From positions 947,092-1,011,091 of the forward strand of contig NMRA01000068.1 in NCBI GenBank assembly GCA_002633005.1: a DNA stretch of 64,000 nt. The letters are read 5' to 3'. Within the stretch, counting starts at the first letter, position 1. Each line of letters opens with the position of its first letter. The notes below the pieces were generated by a model that was given only the letters and a program-made list of their open reading frames with translations, was not told the origin of the DNA and searched no databases. Shown piece by piece: positions 12,001 through 27,000 of this stretch. The position numbers and the translations under genes are program-made. Source of the stretch: Phoronis australis. Taxonomy: Eukaryota > Animalia > Phoronida.

Positions 12001-15000
12001 GCATCATTTTAGCAACAAACTGAAAAAACAAACGCCACAGTGCTGCACATAAAGTCACACAAATCTAAGATCAATGCACTTAGTTCGCCAAGAAATGATC
12101 CCCAAATGTCATGATCAACATTCTAGCAATGGATCCAAAATATCTAATTGTAATGTAAGGAATTAAACAATCCTAGAATCTAGTCATGAATACAAACTCC
12201 CACCACATAAATAGTTAAGTAATGCAAAATGTACACGTACAAAAACGATAAATGTACTAAAAATTAATTACATTTAGAACGTCTTTGACTAGTTGTCCAG
12301 CACCATGCTCAGTTTTACCCTTCTGAGGGAAGTCCATTATGGCTTTGACAACAAACACATTCAGTTCCTTAATCTGTATGTTGTAGGCATGCCTAAAAAG
12401 GAAACCCTGCCTTAAATGACACGAAATCGTAATGTTATCACTTAATAACAAATAACAAATAACAAAACAAGTACCTTCGTCAATTTCTTTAACAATGTAA
12501 GAGTCACCACTATGCACCATTCAATCATTACATTGTTAAACTATAGATTCTTAATGATTTTAAACTTGCCATCCTTCATAACAAGAGCAACAAAGAGCAT
12601 TAAAATGCACCCACCATAGCACCGCAAACGGTGTGCTTCTACGGACGTTTTTAGTATCACAAAAATGACCACTAGATGGCACAGAATGCATCAAACCTAC
12701 CCAAATGAAAATAAGCTAAGGAACTCCAAAGATAATGAGGAAAACGTAAAAAACAATTGACACTAGGGGGCACAGCTACAGTCCAATTGGTCTGAAACTC
12801 ATCACCATCTGTTGCCATCTCTATAGAAGCCCACCTGCCACACTTCGCAAAGTTCCTTCAAAGGGTTAAGGAAATACAGCTGCTGTAGATGCAAGAAAGC
12901 AAAATTGCCCCTAAGGGATGTCAGAATAGTCAAAGACAATCAAAAATCAACATCAGCCTGGGTTTTTGCATCAGGAACACAACCATCAATTTTCATATTT
13001 TTTGTCTTTTGACCGGTTTGGCAAACAGAGAGGCAGATGTCAAAAACAAAGGCGAAAATTTTTAAATGGCCACCATGTGGCGCAGAAAACATGAAATCTG
13101 TTCCAAAATGGGAAGGCATTGTCATCTCCTTAATAGAAACCCATTTGCCAAATTTCATAAAAATACATCCATGAACTCTGAAGATACAGACGTAAACATA
13201 AAAAACTTTTTTTGCTACTAGGGGGCACAATGGTATTTGGATTAGTTTGACATTTGGTACCGTTTGTCGTCGGCTTCATATGAACACATCTTTCAAATTT
13301 CACAAAGCTCATTCAAAGGCAAAATCACCACTAGGGGGCAACACAGTAGTTGCAACCATCCAATAGTCAACTTCAGTCATGGTCTTCTCACCAGGAACAC
13401 ATCAGATTCTGTAAATTCTCATGATGATACTTTAAGCGGGGTGACAGATAGGAACTCCGAAGATACAGATGCAAACGTAAGAAACTAAAATTGCCACTTG
13501 GGGGCAAAGCAGTATTCAGGTCAGTCTGAAACTATTTGTCATCTGTCATCAGCCACATAGGAATACACCTGCCAAATTTCAATAAGATCCTGCAAGAGGT
13601 TTAGGAGATACAGCTGCAGACGCCGGACGCCCGGACAGAGATGACAGTGATATGCACTCACATCTGTGGGCGCATAAAAATCAAATTTTGATTATTTACT
13701 AAATAGACTATTTACAGCATTTTCATTCCTTAATTTATCATGTAAAAATCCAATTGTGAGGGAAATATTTGTCTTAGTGGAAGAAGATCACGTCAAAACC
13801 AATGAATAGCATACAAGAGTCAATTTCAGGCTCTAGTCAAAGCCCAACTCACCTGTATTTAAAAACCCACCATGAGTTTACCAAAATTTGCTGCAAATAT
13901 TTCCAACTTTTGTTATAAGCTCTCGTTGTGAGCAATCAAAGCATTCTGGGCGTAAACACAGAAAGGTGTGATAATAATAAATTAACAAAATTTTTGTCTC
14001 AAAGTCTTGGTTTCTCATCTATGTAATCACTACCAAAGTTGTGGCTATCCATAGCCAGATGAAGCTGGCATACCCGAACACAACTTATGAAACATCCCAT
14101 GTCCAAATCACAATACAATATTCAAAAACTATTACCGTATTCGCCTTAATAAGCGCCCAGGGCGCTTAGAAAAATTCGCTTCAGGAAGGGGGGGTGCTTA
14201 TTATAGACCAAAAGTGGTTGAAACCCGGTCTCTGAGAAACAGGTGAAATCGTAAGCTAGAATTCTTCAAATTTATGCTCTGTGACGCATCTGTAATCTAT
14301 GAGAGTTTCTACAAAATTGCAGTGCATTGCTATCAAACTTTGATGTTAAATTACGAGCATTTTTCAGAAAATCCCACTGCCAAAAAATTGCCGACTGATG
14401 CATCGCTGCCTCGTGATCGCCGATAGGTCAACTTGAATTCTTGAGTAAAAATATGGTTTCGACTCAACAAATTACCTGAAGTCCTCAAGTTTTCAAAATA
14501 GCGTCCCTAACATTTTTTAAGTTCCTGTGGAGTCGGGATTTACAGCATATTAAGTCCAAATCTGCGCTAAATCATACTCCACAACACGAGAAAAATCTCT
14601 GGACGAACACTCATGTTGTTGTCTTGTGATGTTTGTTTTGAAGTTCGTCTGCGTATTGTGTAAGTGAGCGAGCATGTGCGTGTCATCCGATGGGAGTTCA
14701 TTTGCCAGAGTAAACGCGATGTAACGATCTAGGTGTTCGTAACTAAGGAAATTAACACAAACAGTAAAGCAGAATGAGTTTTATTTAGCACTTGTTGATC
14801 TCATCTGCTTAAAAACCTTCGAGAATTGTCTCGGTAAGGCCGACGTCATTGAGTCGCCAGATGACTGGCTGCGTGACAGTCTAACAGTTATTTTTCGGGA
14901 GATTCGAGGGGGTGTTAGGGTGCAGAAGTGTTCACCATAGTGGGTCATTTTGACTTTAAAAACCCCATTTACGACTAATTTAATAATTCCACCTTAAAAA

Positions 15001-18000
15001 TAACGCCAACAATTTTTGTGGTATTAGAAACTTTCAGAAATAAAGCCAGTATTTATTTCTTGCCGATGCTATGCTGCCCGTTTCATGAATAGATAGCTCC
15101 TGAAGACTAATCTTCGATGACAGGTACTTGTCAGTAGCGCGCGCTTCGTGGCCATGTGCTTTTAACTGAACAAAGGTCAAGTTTTTATTAGTCTCCGATT
15201 CGCGCTTGTGTTCTTTTTGAAGCATGGTGAAGAGTAAAGTCACAACTAAATACCGACATAGCGGCGAAGCTCATGGTCTACAAATTCTGATCACATTTGA
15301 TTTAGGCCAAAACCGAAACGTTGGATTGGATAGATATGTCGTTATTTACTTACACGCTAAGCTTAAAGTTCCACAAATTCTGAACACAATGATTTTTTTC
15401 AGGACTGTGGGTTCTTACTGATAAATTGAAGACATTAATATAGAATTTTAGAACTGTAGGTAAGCATTTTTCGCATGTACACAGTCTTCATGGACTGGGA
15501 GCTTATTTTAGCGAAGTCTGAAAACGCGTGGGGGAGGGCGCTTATAGGGGCATGGGTGCTTATTAGGGCGAAAACGGTAGCATCAATTCATGATCAAAAA
15601 CCGTTTTCTAACTTCACTTCCTTAAGCGTAAAGTATTTCTTCTCTGTAACCCAAAGCATTAGATCTTTATCTTTGCAACTCAAATCGGGGGAAAATGTAT
15701 TGAACAAAAATGACTTACTTCAGGGAGTTTATCTCAAGCACAATATTATCTGACGAGATATTCTCGTGAACAGCTCTGTCCAGTGTGTCCAGTACTTCTT
15801 CATAAAATACTGCAATGAAAAGAAAAAGATTCATTTAGCATGTGCATGGAGTTCAACTTCGTATTATGTTGTCTTACTTACCAGGGGGTCATGTTCCAAG
15901 AGTGTCAGTTTACATTTACTAGATGATAGACAACTGACAACAGATGACAAACACTGTCAATGAATGGACGCAGCAGATAATACCATAATGCAGTCAGTCC
16001 AAGGACAGGCTTATAAAACATACGTAGAAAAAGGCAATTGCCACTTTGTTTGCAACATGTCCTCATCCATCATCACTGCCTAAAAGTCGTAGTTGTCTGT
16101 TGTTAGCTTCATATAGATACCCATACTAAATTTAATAAAGCTTCTGCAGTGGGTTCAGGAGATACACCTATGGGCGCAAAACAAAACAAAACTACCACTA
16201 GGAGGAGCCACAGTAGTCGAAGAAGTCAGAAAATCATCATGAGCAGTCCTCTTCATAATAACAACATGCAATTTTCACAATCATCTTTAGAGCTATTTGG
16301 TTGATAGAAGGGTGGACACCAACAAACATTCTCCAAAACAGTAAAAATGGCCACTAGGTGGCGCAAACTACATCGAATCCATCCGTAAACAGGAGAAGAG
16401 CGTTATCTCACTAATAGATGCCTATATGCCAAATTTAATGAAAATCTGGAGAACCTTAGAAGATACGGAGGCAAACGTAAAAAAATAAAATTCCCACTAG
16501 AGGGCACATGGATAGTCAGATCCGTCCGAAAGTCATCATCCATTCTCAACGTCATATAAATATACTTGCTTAATTTAGTAAAGATCCTGTATTACTAAAC
16601 GGTTTAGGAGATACAGCCATGGGTGCAAAAAACAAAACTGCCACTAAGAGGCGCCACAGCAAAGTCAGAAAATCATCATCAGCCATCCTCTTCATAGTAA
16701 TAGCATATATAATTCTAATTTTCACAATCATCCTGAGAGCGGTTTGGTTGATAGAGGGGTGGACTCAAAAACAGACTAAAAACAGTAGAAATGGCCACTA
16801 GGTGGCGCAAACTATGTCATATCCGTCTGAAAACGGGAGGATAGCGTCATTTCACTAATAGATGGTTATATGCTAAATTTTATGAAAATACATTGAGGAC
16901 CTTTGAAGATACAGAGGTAAATGCATAAAAACTAAAATTGCCACTAAGGGACACAGCAGTAGTTGGATCCATCCGAAAGTTCGCTCATGCCGTCCATCCA
17001 TAACATATGTGCAAAATTTCATGAACAATATATTACGTCAAACGGTTTTGGAGATAGAGCAGCGGATGCCAGATGGATGCCGCCTGGACAGAAGGACGGA
17101 TGGAGATGACGGCATAATGCGTCCAAATATAAAAATGTAGGTGCATAAAAACCGTTCCAGTGATACCAAACACCCATGTGCCAAATTTCACCAAAAATCC
17201 GACCAGCGGTTTTGAGATATCAAGTGGACACCCGGACAACCTAACAACAATACAATCGAATGCCCAGATACAGTGACTACAATATGCCACCACATAAGAA
17301 ATGTGGGCACATAAAAATCCACCATGACACATAATTCATAAAATCATGACCCTCACATTGTGTGTCATCCATTTCCGGACTCATGGCGCGGTCGTCTTCT
17401 TCTTCGTCACTTTCTACATCTGACGAATCACCATCACTCTCTACTTCTCCACCATCAGAAAGAATTGACAATCCCCAAAGGTCATTTGTAATGCTGACCA
17501 CACTCTCTATGTCGCTGTCAGGTGTGGGACAATAGATGGCAGCGTGGCCTGCGGAGCCAATCAAGTCAGGATCAGCAACATCAGCACTTTCCAGGCCTTC
17601 AATTTCGCTCGCGTCCTTGGGAGACAAGAGAACTGTGCTGGAGGGGAGGGTAACATCTGGGCCGACAGTCACCTAGAATGGGTGTAGTAACAAAACACTG
17701 AATTATCAAAAACCTTGTTAAAACTGTTATATCAACCTATATTCCATAAAAGAAATTACAACTTTTAATTTAAATCAATCACTGCTAGTAAACAGATGAG
17801 AAATGATTCGTAGAATCGGAAAGAACTACCAGTTCTTTATTGCTCAAGACCAAGCTCAAAGCCAAAAGTGAGACCGTGTGACAACTTCAAAAGTCAACTT
17901 TCTGAGCCCAAGTTCGTGCAATAATGAACTGTCAGTTCTTCCTAAACCCAGAAATCATCTCTAATCTGAGTAAGGAAAAAGTTGAGAGCAATTTTATAAT

Positions 18001-21000
18001 TTTGTCTACATAAAAAGTTATACATTTTTTAAAGCACGGTGGGCTTATAGCAGGGATCATTTCCACATATAGATATCACATAATGTTATAGACAACCTCA
18101 AAATCTGAAAGTAAAAAATATTGTCTCAGTTTAAAAACAGTCTTGCACATGTTCGTAATAGAAACAAACAAATCTGTTACAATAGTTGGATTGAAGAAGC
18201 TCCTACCTCATATGACAGAACACATCCGGCCTCAAGTGTTACTCCACGTTTCACAGTACAGCCATTACAGACCAGAGAAGAGTTTATTACACAATCATCC
18301 TCAATAACAACATCATCCCAAATGTAAACTCCAGTCAGGCAAACATTTTGACCTGAAAACAAATAGTAACATGGTCAGCTTTGTACTTGTCCAGAATGAA
18401 CAACATTTTGTTAGCTTGAAATTGTTGGACTAATACGGAGGATAAAAATTAAAGGGCTGTGTTTTGTAAGCGATTCATCAGTCAGGGTACACCTGCCCAA
18501 TTCAGTAAGATCCTGCATGGGGTTTAGGAGATACAGCTGCAGATGCTGAATGACCAGACAGAGATGACAGCAATATGCATTCACATATAAATATGAGAGT
18601 ACATAAAAATAAAATCGCCTCCAAAGCAGTCGTCAAATCTGTTCAAAAATCAATGACAGCCAAGCTCTCCTCACTAGACACAATAATCCTTCTCTGCACT
18701 TGGAAGCTATGGATACAAGCGCAAAAAAATAACTGCCACTAGGGGACATAGGAATAGTGAAATTAATTGAAAATTTGACATCAAACATACATGCACTTGT
18801 CAATAGAAACATATCCCTCAAATTTCATGAATGTTCTTTAGTGCAAATCATTTGGCAGCCCATCAAACCATCTGCCATCAATTATCAAGACAAATATAGA
18901 AGCAGGTGCAAAGACAACTGCCAACAGGGAGCACCAAAGCAGGCAGATCCACACAAAAATCATCACCATCAAATGAATGTTCTTGTCAATAGGATCACAT
19001 ATGCTAAATTTAGTGCAATTCTTCCAACAGCTTCATAGATACTGCAGCGGACAAATACTTAAAATAACTACCACTAGGGGGTATGGCCGAAACATTGGAT
19101 TTGGTTGTGTCAATCTTCATGAGTGCACTGCTTATGATTAGACTCCTGCTACTATTGTGGCCACAAAGCAATTCTTTCTCTTATAAAGAAACATATTTGC
19201 CAAACTTCATGAAGACCCATCAAAGAAAATGGTAGATAACGAACCAGATACTAAGGAAACTAAAATGCCACTAAAGAACACCATTAGTCCAATTTAACAG
19301 CTAAATTTCATGATTATCCTTCAAATGGTGTGGCATATAGAGAGGTGGACTGACTGGTATAAGGTAACGTAGCAAGTGTCAGAACCATCCAAAAATGGTC
19401 GTTCTCTGCTCATGTCCTGGATAAAAACAAGTTTGCCAAATGGTAGATATTGAGCCAGATACAAAAAAAAAACAATTGGGGCCCAGCTGTAGTTGGATTT
19501 GTCCGAAAATCACTGTCAACAATTGTCTCCTTCATAAGAACACACCTGCCAAATTTCTTGACGTTCCTAGAGACAGTTTCAAAACCACCACTGCAGGCAG
19601 TCTGGCACACGTTGTACTAGACGTGCGCAGGCTGATCAGGTGGCCCCATTGCACTGATCACCTGGAATCCTTTTTATGCTTATTTATTAAAATTAAGCTG
19701 AGGAGCTACAGACCTGACTCAATGGTTTAGCAGAGTGCACCAGAGTGACTCGAACCCACTAGGCCACATAGCCTTTTCTTGGAAACACCACTGCAGACAC
19801 TGGACAAACTTTTGAATGTTAAATTAACAGATTCCTCAATTTTTCATAACTCAGGATTCAAGATTCAAAAACATAATACAAGAAAATTAAAAATTGAAGG
19901 TACATAGCACCCCTCAGAAATTCTGTGCAAGGTTGCCCAGTCATGATACTAGACAGAGCTGCAGATGCACTTGAATGACTTCTCAATGTCAAGCGACTAA
20001 GAAATCTGATTTGACTGTAAACCTTACGTCCTTATTGAGAACCAATCAGATGTCTTAGTGCTCAAATAAAATCAAGTGCAGCCATAGTAGAACCACTGGA
20101 TTGAAGGACTTTTGTCATAAAGAATGAACTTTGAACTTGCCTAAAATATTTGACAAATGAAAAACAACAAACACCACACCTTCTAAGGGGTATAACAAAT
20201 GGACCTACCAATTTTACAGTTACGGCCGATAACACTGTGAGAGACCATCGATGCTTTCCCAATACAACTTCCACTACCCACTATGACATTTTCCAATAAT
20301 TTACATTCCCTGGAAACAGAAGAGAGCAAAAATTTCATGTCTGCTTTGTATAACAGAAACACGACTGTACTTTTTGTTTGACAGCATACTACAGACAAAA
20401 ATTGCAATTGAACAGATATAATGTAATTTCAATCTGGCAGTTATATCAACTACCTGCATTACCTGGCCAAAGTCACATCTTCACCCAAGTACACATTGTG
20501 TCGGCCATATGTGTATTTACAACTGGTTGAAGCACACAAGTCGGGCACTATGGGATACGTCCAGCGGCAGATGACATCCTTGCTGAAAATTTACTAGTCC
20601 ATAAGACTTGTGTAGCGTAATGAAGCAATTATCAAGTTTTAGAAATCCAATAATATGCATAAAAATATGATAGCTATACAATGTGAGATTTGATTTAATT
20701 TAAAAGTGACAAGGTTTGTATGATTTACTAAAAAAATGACAAGGTTTGTTTCCAATGAGACTCCAGAAAGACGCAACTCATTGGCAGGATAACCAAATAA
20801 GAAACAACTATAATCTCTATGGTAACAGTAACACATGGCAACAAACAGACTTAAAAGTAATATACCAATTACAGCTCATTTAGATTTTATTACAAGTATG
20901 TTACAACAATTCAATAAATAAATGTAAAATAATTATTTGTCGTGTGTTCAAAGAAGTTTTTAACATTCTTGGATCAATGTTTGACTTCATACAAATTTAA

Positions 21001-24000
21001 TTTTAATTCCATGCTAAAAGTAGGAATTGATGATACATATTAAATACTTCCAAAGAAATAGCAAATTAGGAAACTTCAACCCACCTGACTGCATCATACA
21101 TGTGTAAGTTAGAAACTCTAGCACCATAGCCACCTTCTAATACATGGGCATGTATAGTATTGCCCAGGATCTAGATGAATATAAAACATAACAACACTAT
21201 GTTAGAAAAGGTTGATGAATATTAGACATCCAGTCGATAAATATCAGAAGTGAAAACTTAAAACTAATACTGGACTTAATTTCAACTGAGTGACGTTGCA
21301 TCATCTTTGCAAGTACTTTCACAAGCAGGCGTCCTCTTTTCATAAGGAACATACATGCCAATTTCCACAACCATCCTTAGAGCAGTTTGGATGATAGAGC
21401 TGTAGACGCCAAAAGACTCGAAAACAGTAAAAATGGCCACTAGATGATGCAAAATACCTCGAATCAATCCCAAAAGTAAAGGATAGCGTGTCTCGGAAGT
21501 TCAACACAAGTCCAGGCTTCACAGCACTGGTTAGAACATAGAACAGGCATTACGTCACACATTTTGTTTCAGTAGACTTGAGAATGTACGGTCAAGATTA
21601 ATGAAGCGATTAACTTGAACCAGTCTTCAGTCTAATGTCATACTGAAACAAGGGGGTGGGCGATTATCCAAGCAGTGGGCGCTTAATTAAACCGTAAATT
21701 GGCAAGAGTCAGGGGTGAGCGATTACCCAAGCAGCGGCTGCTAACGTCCACATTTTAGCCGAACTGGGCAATTGCGCTGGGTTTTCTTTCCAGCATAAGC
21801 AGAAGTCGGAGCCTGAGACAAAGCTGTGAACAAAACCACAGGTTTAAGCTCCAGTTCTGTTAGTAGTAACTTGGGAATGGGCGATAACATGTCGAGAAAC
21901 TGAAATTTGTGTAAAATGGGGGATGGGCGATTACCCAAACAGTGGGCGCTTACAAAAAAATTTGGCAAAAGTTGGGGGTGGGCGATTACCCAGGCATAAG
22001 CATTAACCCACGAGTTTATGGCAATAGGATTGATACCTCTTCATTAACAAGTATTCCACGAACAAAATCATCTCTCGTCTGGTAGTCGAAGTTGTCGGTG
22101 AAGAGTTGGGTAACCTGGGGTGAGCACACACTGATGTGGCTGTCCACAAGATCGAAACGAAGGTCAACGCTAGAATGCTCTCGGAAAATTTCCTGTAACA
22201 GAAGAAAAAATTCAATATGCATTATGTGTTTCAAATTCCTAAACATTTTTAAATTTTAGTTTTTTACACGAACCATTAAATGACAAAACAGTTTACAAGA
22301 CTGAGGTTCCCGTGAAAAAATACCGTAAAAGTCACTGGGGTCCCACATTTTGTTCACTGAGTAACAGGCATCAACTTGGTTCTCCAATTACAGGACACCT
22401 ATAAGTAAGTCATTATTTATGTCAAAAATATCTAGCTTAGTGTTCTCGTCATTCAGAGTTAAAATATGGGAACTTTGGATGATCATTGAACATTGAAGCA
22501 ATAAATTCAACAACCCCTATTTCAGTATCAAAATGGAAAGCATTACTTTCATAATACAATTAAATTACGTAAACTATATAAGTGCAGTATTTCTTGGAAG
22601 TTGCATTCTCTGCTACTTACCATAAAGAGATCAATTCACACTAAACACTAACTAAAGAGTTTCTGATATTGAAAGTTTCCATAAAAAAAGCTTACAATAG
22701 GGAACTCAAACTTCTTCTTAGTGCCAATCTTTTGATATTGCAGCACTCGACCGTGAGTTTGGTCTAACGCAACCACCAGCTCTTCCTCTCGACACCGCGA
22801 CCTATGGCCAGGTGGCGCTCGCCTCATTACCATGGTCATGATGGATGACTTGACAGTCTGTCGCAACGTTCTGGAAGTGTGGATGTGCAGGATGTCAGTG
22901 TTTGATTTTAAGAGGAAAAAAGTGATGGTTGCTTCAACCATTTCCAGAGGACCCCCTTGATATAAAACAAGAAATTAAACTGCCAGTTGAAAGTAATAAA
23001 ATTTAGTTATCACTTATCTTTCAAAATGGCAATACCTCATTTAGCCTAATCGTTATAACATTTATTAATAATCAGGGTTACTCCAGCATTTTGGACATTT
23101 TGGCAAAAACAGGGCAAGCCTAAGGTAGCATTGAACAGTTAGGCTGTAGCCATGGGGCATTTTCTAGTCCCTAGAATTTAAATACAGGGGGTGTGTCAGG
23201 TTTGGCACAAGGCTGAAGGAATATGTTGAAAACAGTTGCCAGGACACTGATTTGCTTGACCGTGAGAAAAGTCAATTTTTTTAGCCGTGACCTACTTTTG
23301 ATGCAAAATGGTGGCAGCAGTTTGCTTTCAACCTTAGTCGCCTGCTGCCTGAGAAACCAGGCATGATTTCAGGTGGCTGTCAAACACATCAAAATTGCCA
23401 AAAAAGTAGTTAGTAAGGGGCGTAGTACAAACACATTTTTAGAATTTATAGAGAACGTTCATTCTGAATCTGTAGTCAGATTTTTCCTAGCACATGCAAG
23501 GAAGTGGTAAATTTGGTGAGAAAACTGTCAAATTTGGCATTTTTGTGCAAGGATCTTCTTGGTGTGAATTAATCGATTAAAAATTTATAACACAATTAAG
23601 TTTCAATCATCATGAGTACAGCTTTTGAGTTGGGAATGCTAAAGAACTTTTTTTCAGATGTAAGGTAAGGACTCGTCTCCACTTGGGTGTGCGTCGGGTG
23701 CCATTTTTGGAAAAATCAAATAAGATTTGTTATTATTTAATTTTCCTTATCATCAACTGCAAAATGACAATGTTTCTACAGATATTTTTTACACCAGTAG
23801 TGAACAATTCCCAGCAATCACATGCTAACTACCAGAAATATCCAAATTAGATAAAAAAGTTCAGCTAGATGGTGCAAAAAGACTAGCGAAGTTATGAACT
23901 TCCAAATGGTTTCCAGAAGTATCTTATTCATTATTAATCAATTAACAAACCATGTCGCCCTGTTCAGCTGGCTAAAAGTCTTATAATAGTTATGAGCATG

Positions 24001-27000
24001 ATAAGAAACTACCTCCGTTACCAAAAAGAACATGGAAACCATTGATCAGTGACTCGAGAAAACCCTTCAGTTTATTGGGGTTAGCCAACCCTAAAATTGC
24101 AAAATCGAAAATGTCACATGACTGTAAACATTGCTTACAACTTGGTAACAGAAATGGAATCCTACCACACTAAAGAATATTAGGAGAACAAAACGCCTAT
24201 GGGAATCTCTCTAGATTACGTCCACCCTAACTTTACGACCACCAAAAATTAATCACCATTTTCAATTATTTTCCTCTTTAGAAAGATTAAAAAATTGGAA
24301 TTTCTTCACCCGCTACTTTTTAATAGAAGACGCAGAGATTGAAATTAAAATGAAAAATGTTTGTAAAAGTTATATTTCATCCCTGTATTTTTGCAACCTG
24401 TTCCCATGAAAGTTACTAATCATTATGAAAGCATGTGTCTGAAAGATCGTGCGTCGTCCACTTGAGTGTTGCGGAGAATCGAGGATGGCATGTCATTAAC
24501 CGTTCGCGAGTTCACTGCACGATTCACTGTTCATCTATACTCAGTAGTACTGAGTCCCCAGGCAGCAGATCCTGACCTGTACATTTTCACTTAAATGGCC
24601 ATGGCCCATATTTGAGTAAGCGCACGTCACCGAGTTTTTAAAATTTTGTGATTAAGCGTCATTGGCGTTTAACTTTCACGTGTCTCGGTAATCTTACGCT
24701 GGATTCAGTTTCTTAGATTAGCCATGTACTTGTAAGCTTCACTTTGTTGTCGCCAACATGCGTTTTTATGGTATTTTTTACCTTAAGTTTCTTGAAATAC
24801 GAACACAAGCGCAGCACATTCTGACCAACATTATTCAATAATAAATGAACACCACAAGATCACAAACACTTATATTTTTAAGTCACGACCCCTTTGAAAA
24901 TTATAATTACTTTTTTGTGGTCGCAATCTAGAGAGATTACCATAATTCAACTATAGTTTATTAGCCAGCTCCTTAAATAAAGACCTACTTGTGTTCCTCA
25001 ATCACTCTCTTCAGATCCATGTTGGAAACTAAATCGCCATTGATGAGAACAAAGTCAGATGAAATCAGCGACCTGCTGTCCATCTCTCGCAGGGCGTCCC
25101 CCATTGACAGACAGTCTTCGGAGACAATGATTGTAATCAAGCCACAAGAGCCCCATTTGGACTTTCTATTAAAGTAAACAAGATTTCAAAGGGAGAGTGA
25201 TTACAAGTGAAGATACTGCATTGCCTTTACACGAAAAGTATCAACTTGACTTTTTAATGAGCAATTCCAAAAAATCTTAACTCCATAGACTCCTCTTAAC
25301 TTGCTGGCTGCATGATATAGAGTTATAAATAAACTGATGGACCTGCTAGTCTGGATATTATACAGTAACCTTTCTCAAGACTTTGACAAGTGACACTAGA
25401 TACAGTAAAGGTTTCATTCAACAATCTTTTTGGTACTATATGGTTTACTAAAATGTAACGGCCATTTATTATCTAAGAGCAACGCAGAGCGTTGAAATGC
25501 GCCCACAATTGCACCATATACGGTTTCCTTCTAGGATTGTTTATTGGTACCATAAATTGGTCAGTAGAGGGCATATATGTAGTATGTTGTACTTTGCAAA
25601 ATGAAAAGGCATGGTCATTGTCTCCTCAATAGGCTAGGGGCAAAATGTGAGTGATCTTCATAATACAAGCACATCCTATACATCAGTTGCTTAAAGCACC
25701 ACAGAAACATAGATTTTTTTTCTTTTATGTCTAATTCAAGCATAATTTAAAAAATATGTGTGGTGGGTTGAAGAAATAAGAGAAAAATATGGCCGGTGGG
25801 TAAACAAAGTGGAACAGCCCTAAGTTGACCAACTGTAAGCAATGCCAATATAGATAGTCCTATTAATGAATGGAGAATCCTAAATTAAAACCTACATTAC
25901 TTATCCCACTATAGCAAACTCCCTTCACAAGTCTTAAAATGAAGTACTACTGACACTTAAGTTCAAACCTGTTATTTTATTTCAATTTTTAGTACATAGC
26001 AATAGCAATAGAAGACTGGTGGAGGATTGAAGGAGCAACATACTTGATATGTTCTTTGATGTCTTCAGCGTGTACTCTGCAGAACAGAAAAATCTGTTCA
26101 ATCCCAGCAGAAACAAGGAACTCAAGTGAGTAGTCAAGTAAACTCGCATTCACAAGGGGCAGTAGAGCCTACAATATAGGTGGGTAATTAATTTTTGGAA
26201 CAAAGACACAGGACACAAAATATGTGGACACAACAGCACATACTTGTTACAACTCATTAATCAGAAACAACATATGCTGAAACAATGTGTTTGTGTAACA
26301 GTAGACCAAGATGCTTAGACGTGAAGAATAAGCCACTATACAGTATTAAAAAATGAATGTATTCTACTCTCAAGTGGAACCATGACCAATCAAATGACTG
26401 TTGACCAGATGTAACTACTAGACGTATGGTTATATGTGAGCAATATATTGATCAACAACAGAAAATTGACATAACTATGTGCATTGTCACAGATATGAAA
26501 AACATTTTTAAATGTTTACCTGACTTTTAAGTCAGGTAACCAAGATAAGTCATGACATAGTCGTCAGAACAACATGACTGTCAAAGGATATTTTTAGCAT
26601 ATGGCCAAGTAAATCATGCTGGTAACAAGATAGGATTATTCCAATTGAAAATGTAAAGGATCAAAAAGCAGGCTTGACGTCATGTCCACAGGCGCAAGCA
26701 CTGTAAAAATGGCGAGCTGCGGATCTGGTCAACTGAACAAAGGAGTGTGGTGAATGCGCTCCAGTGCATCTACGGTAGTGACGTCACTTGGAAGTTTGCC
26801 TCACATCCCGAAAGTTTATTCCCTGTAGAGCATTAGTTCGGAGTTAGGGAGTGAAATTTCAGGGTTTATCGGAGTACAACACACAGTGGTACCTACCAGG
26901 GTTTTCCGTAGATAAGCCCATCCCATGAAATGCCCTTGGGCATCTATTCGGAAACTTTGGTGTTGCAACTTCTGGTGTCAAGTGCCCAGATAGTAGGGCG

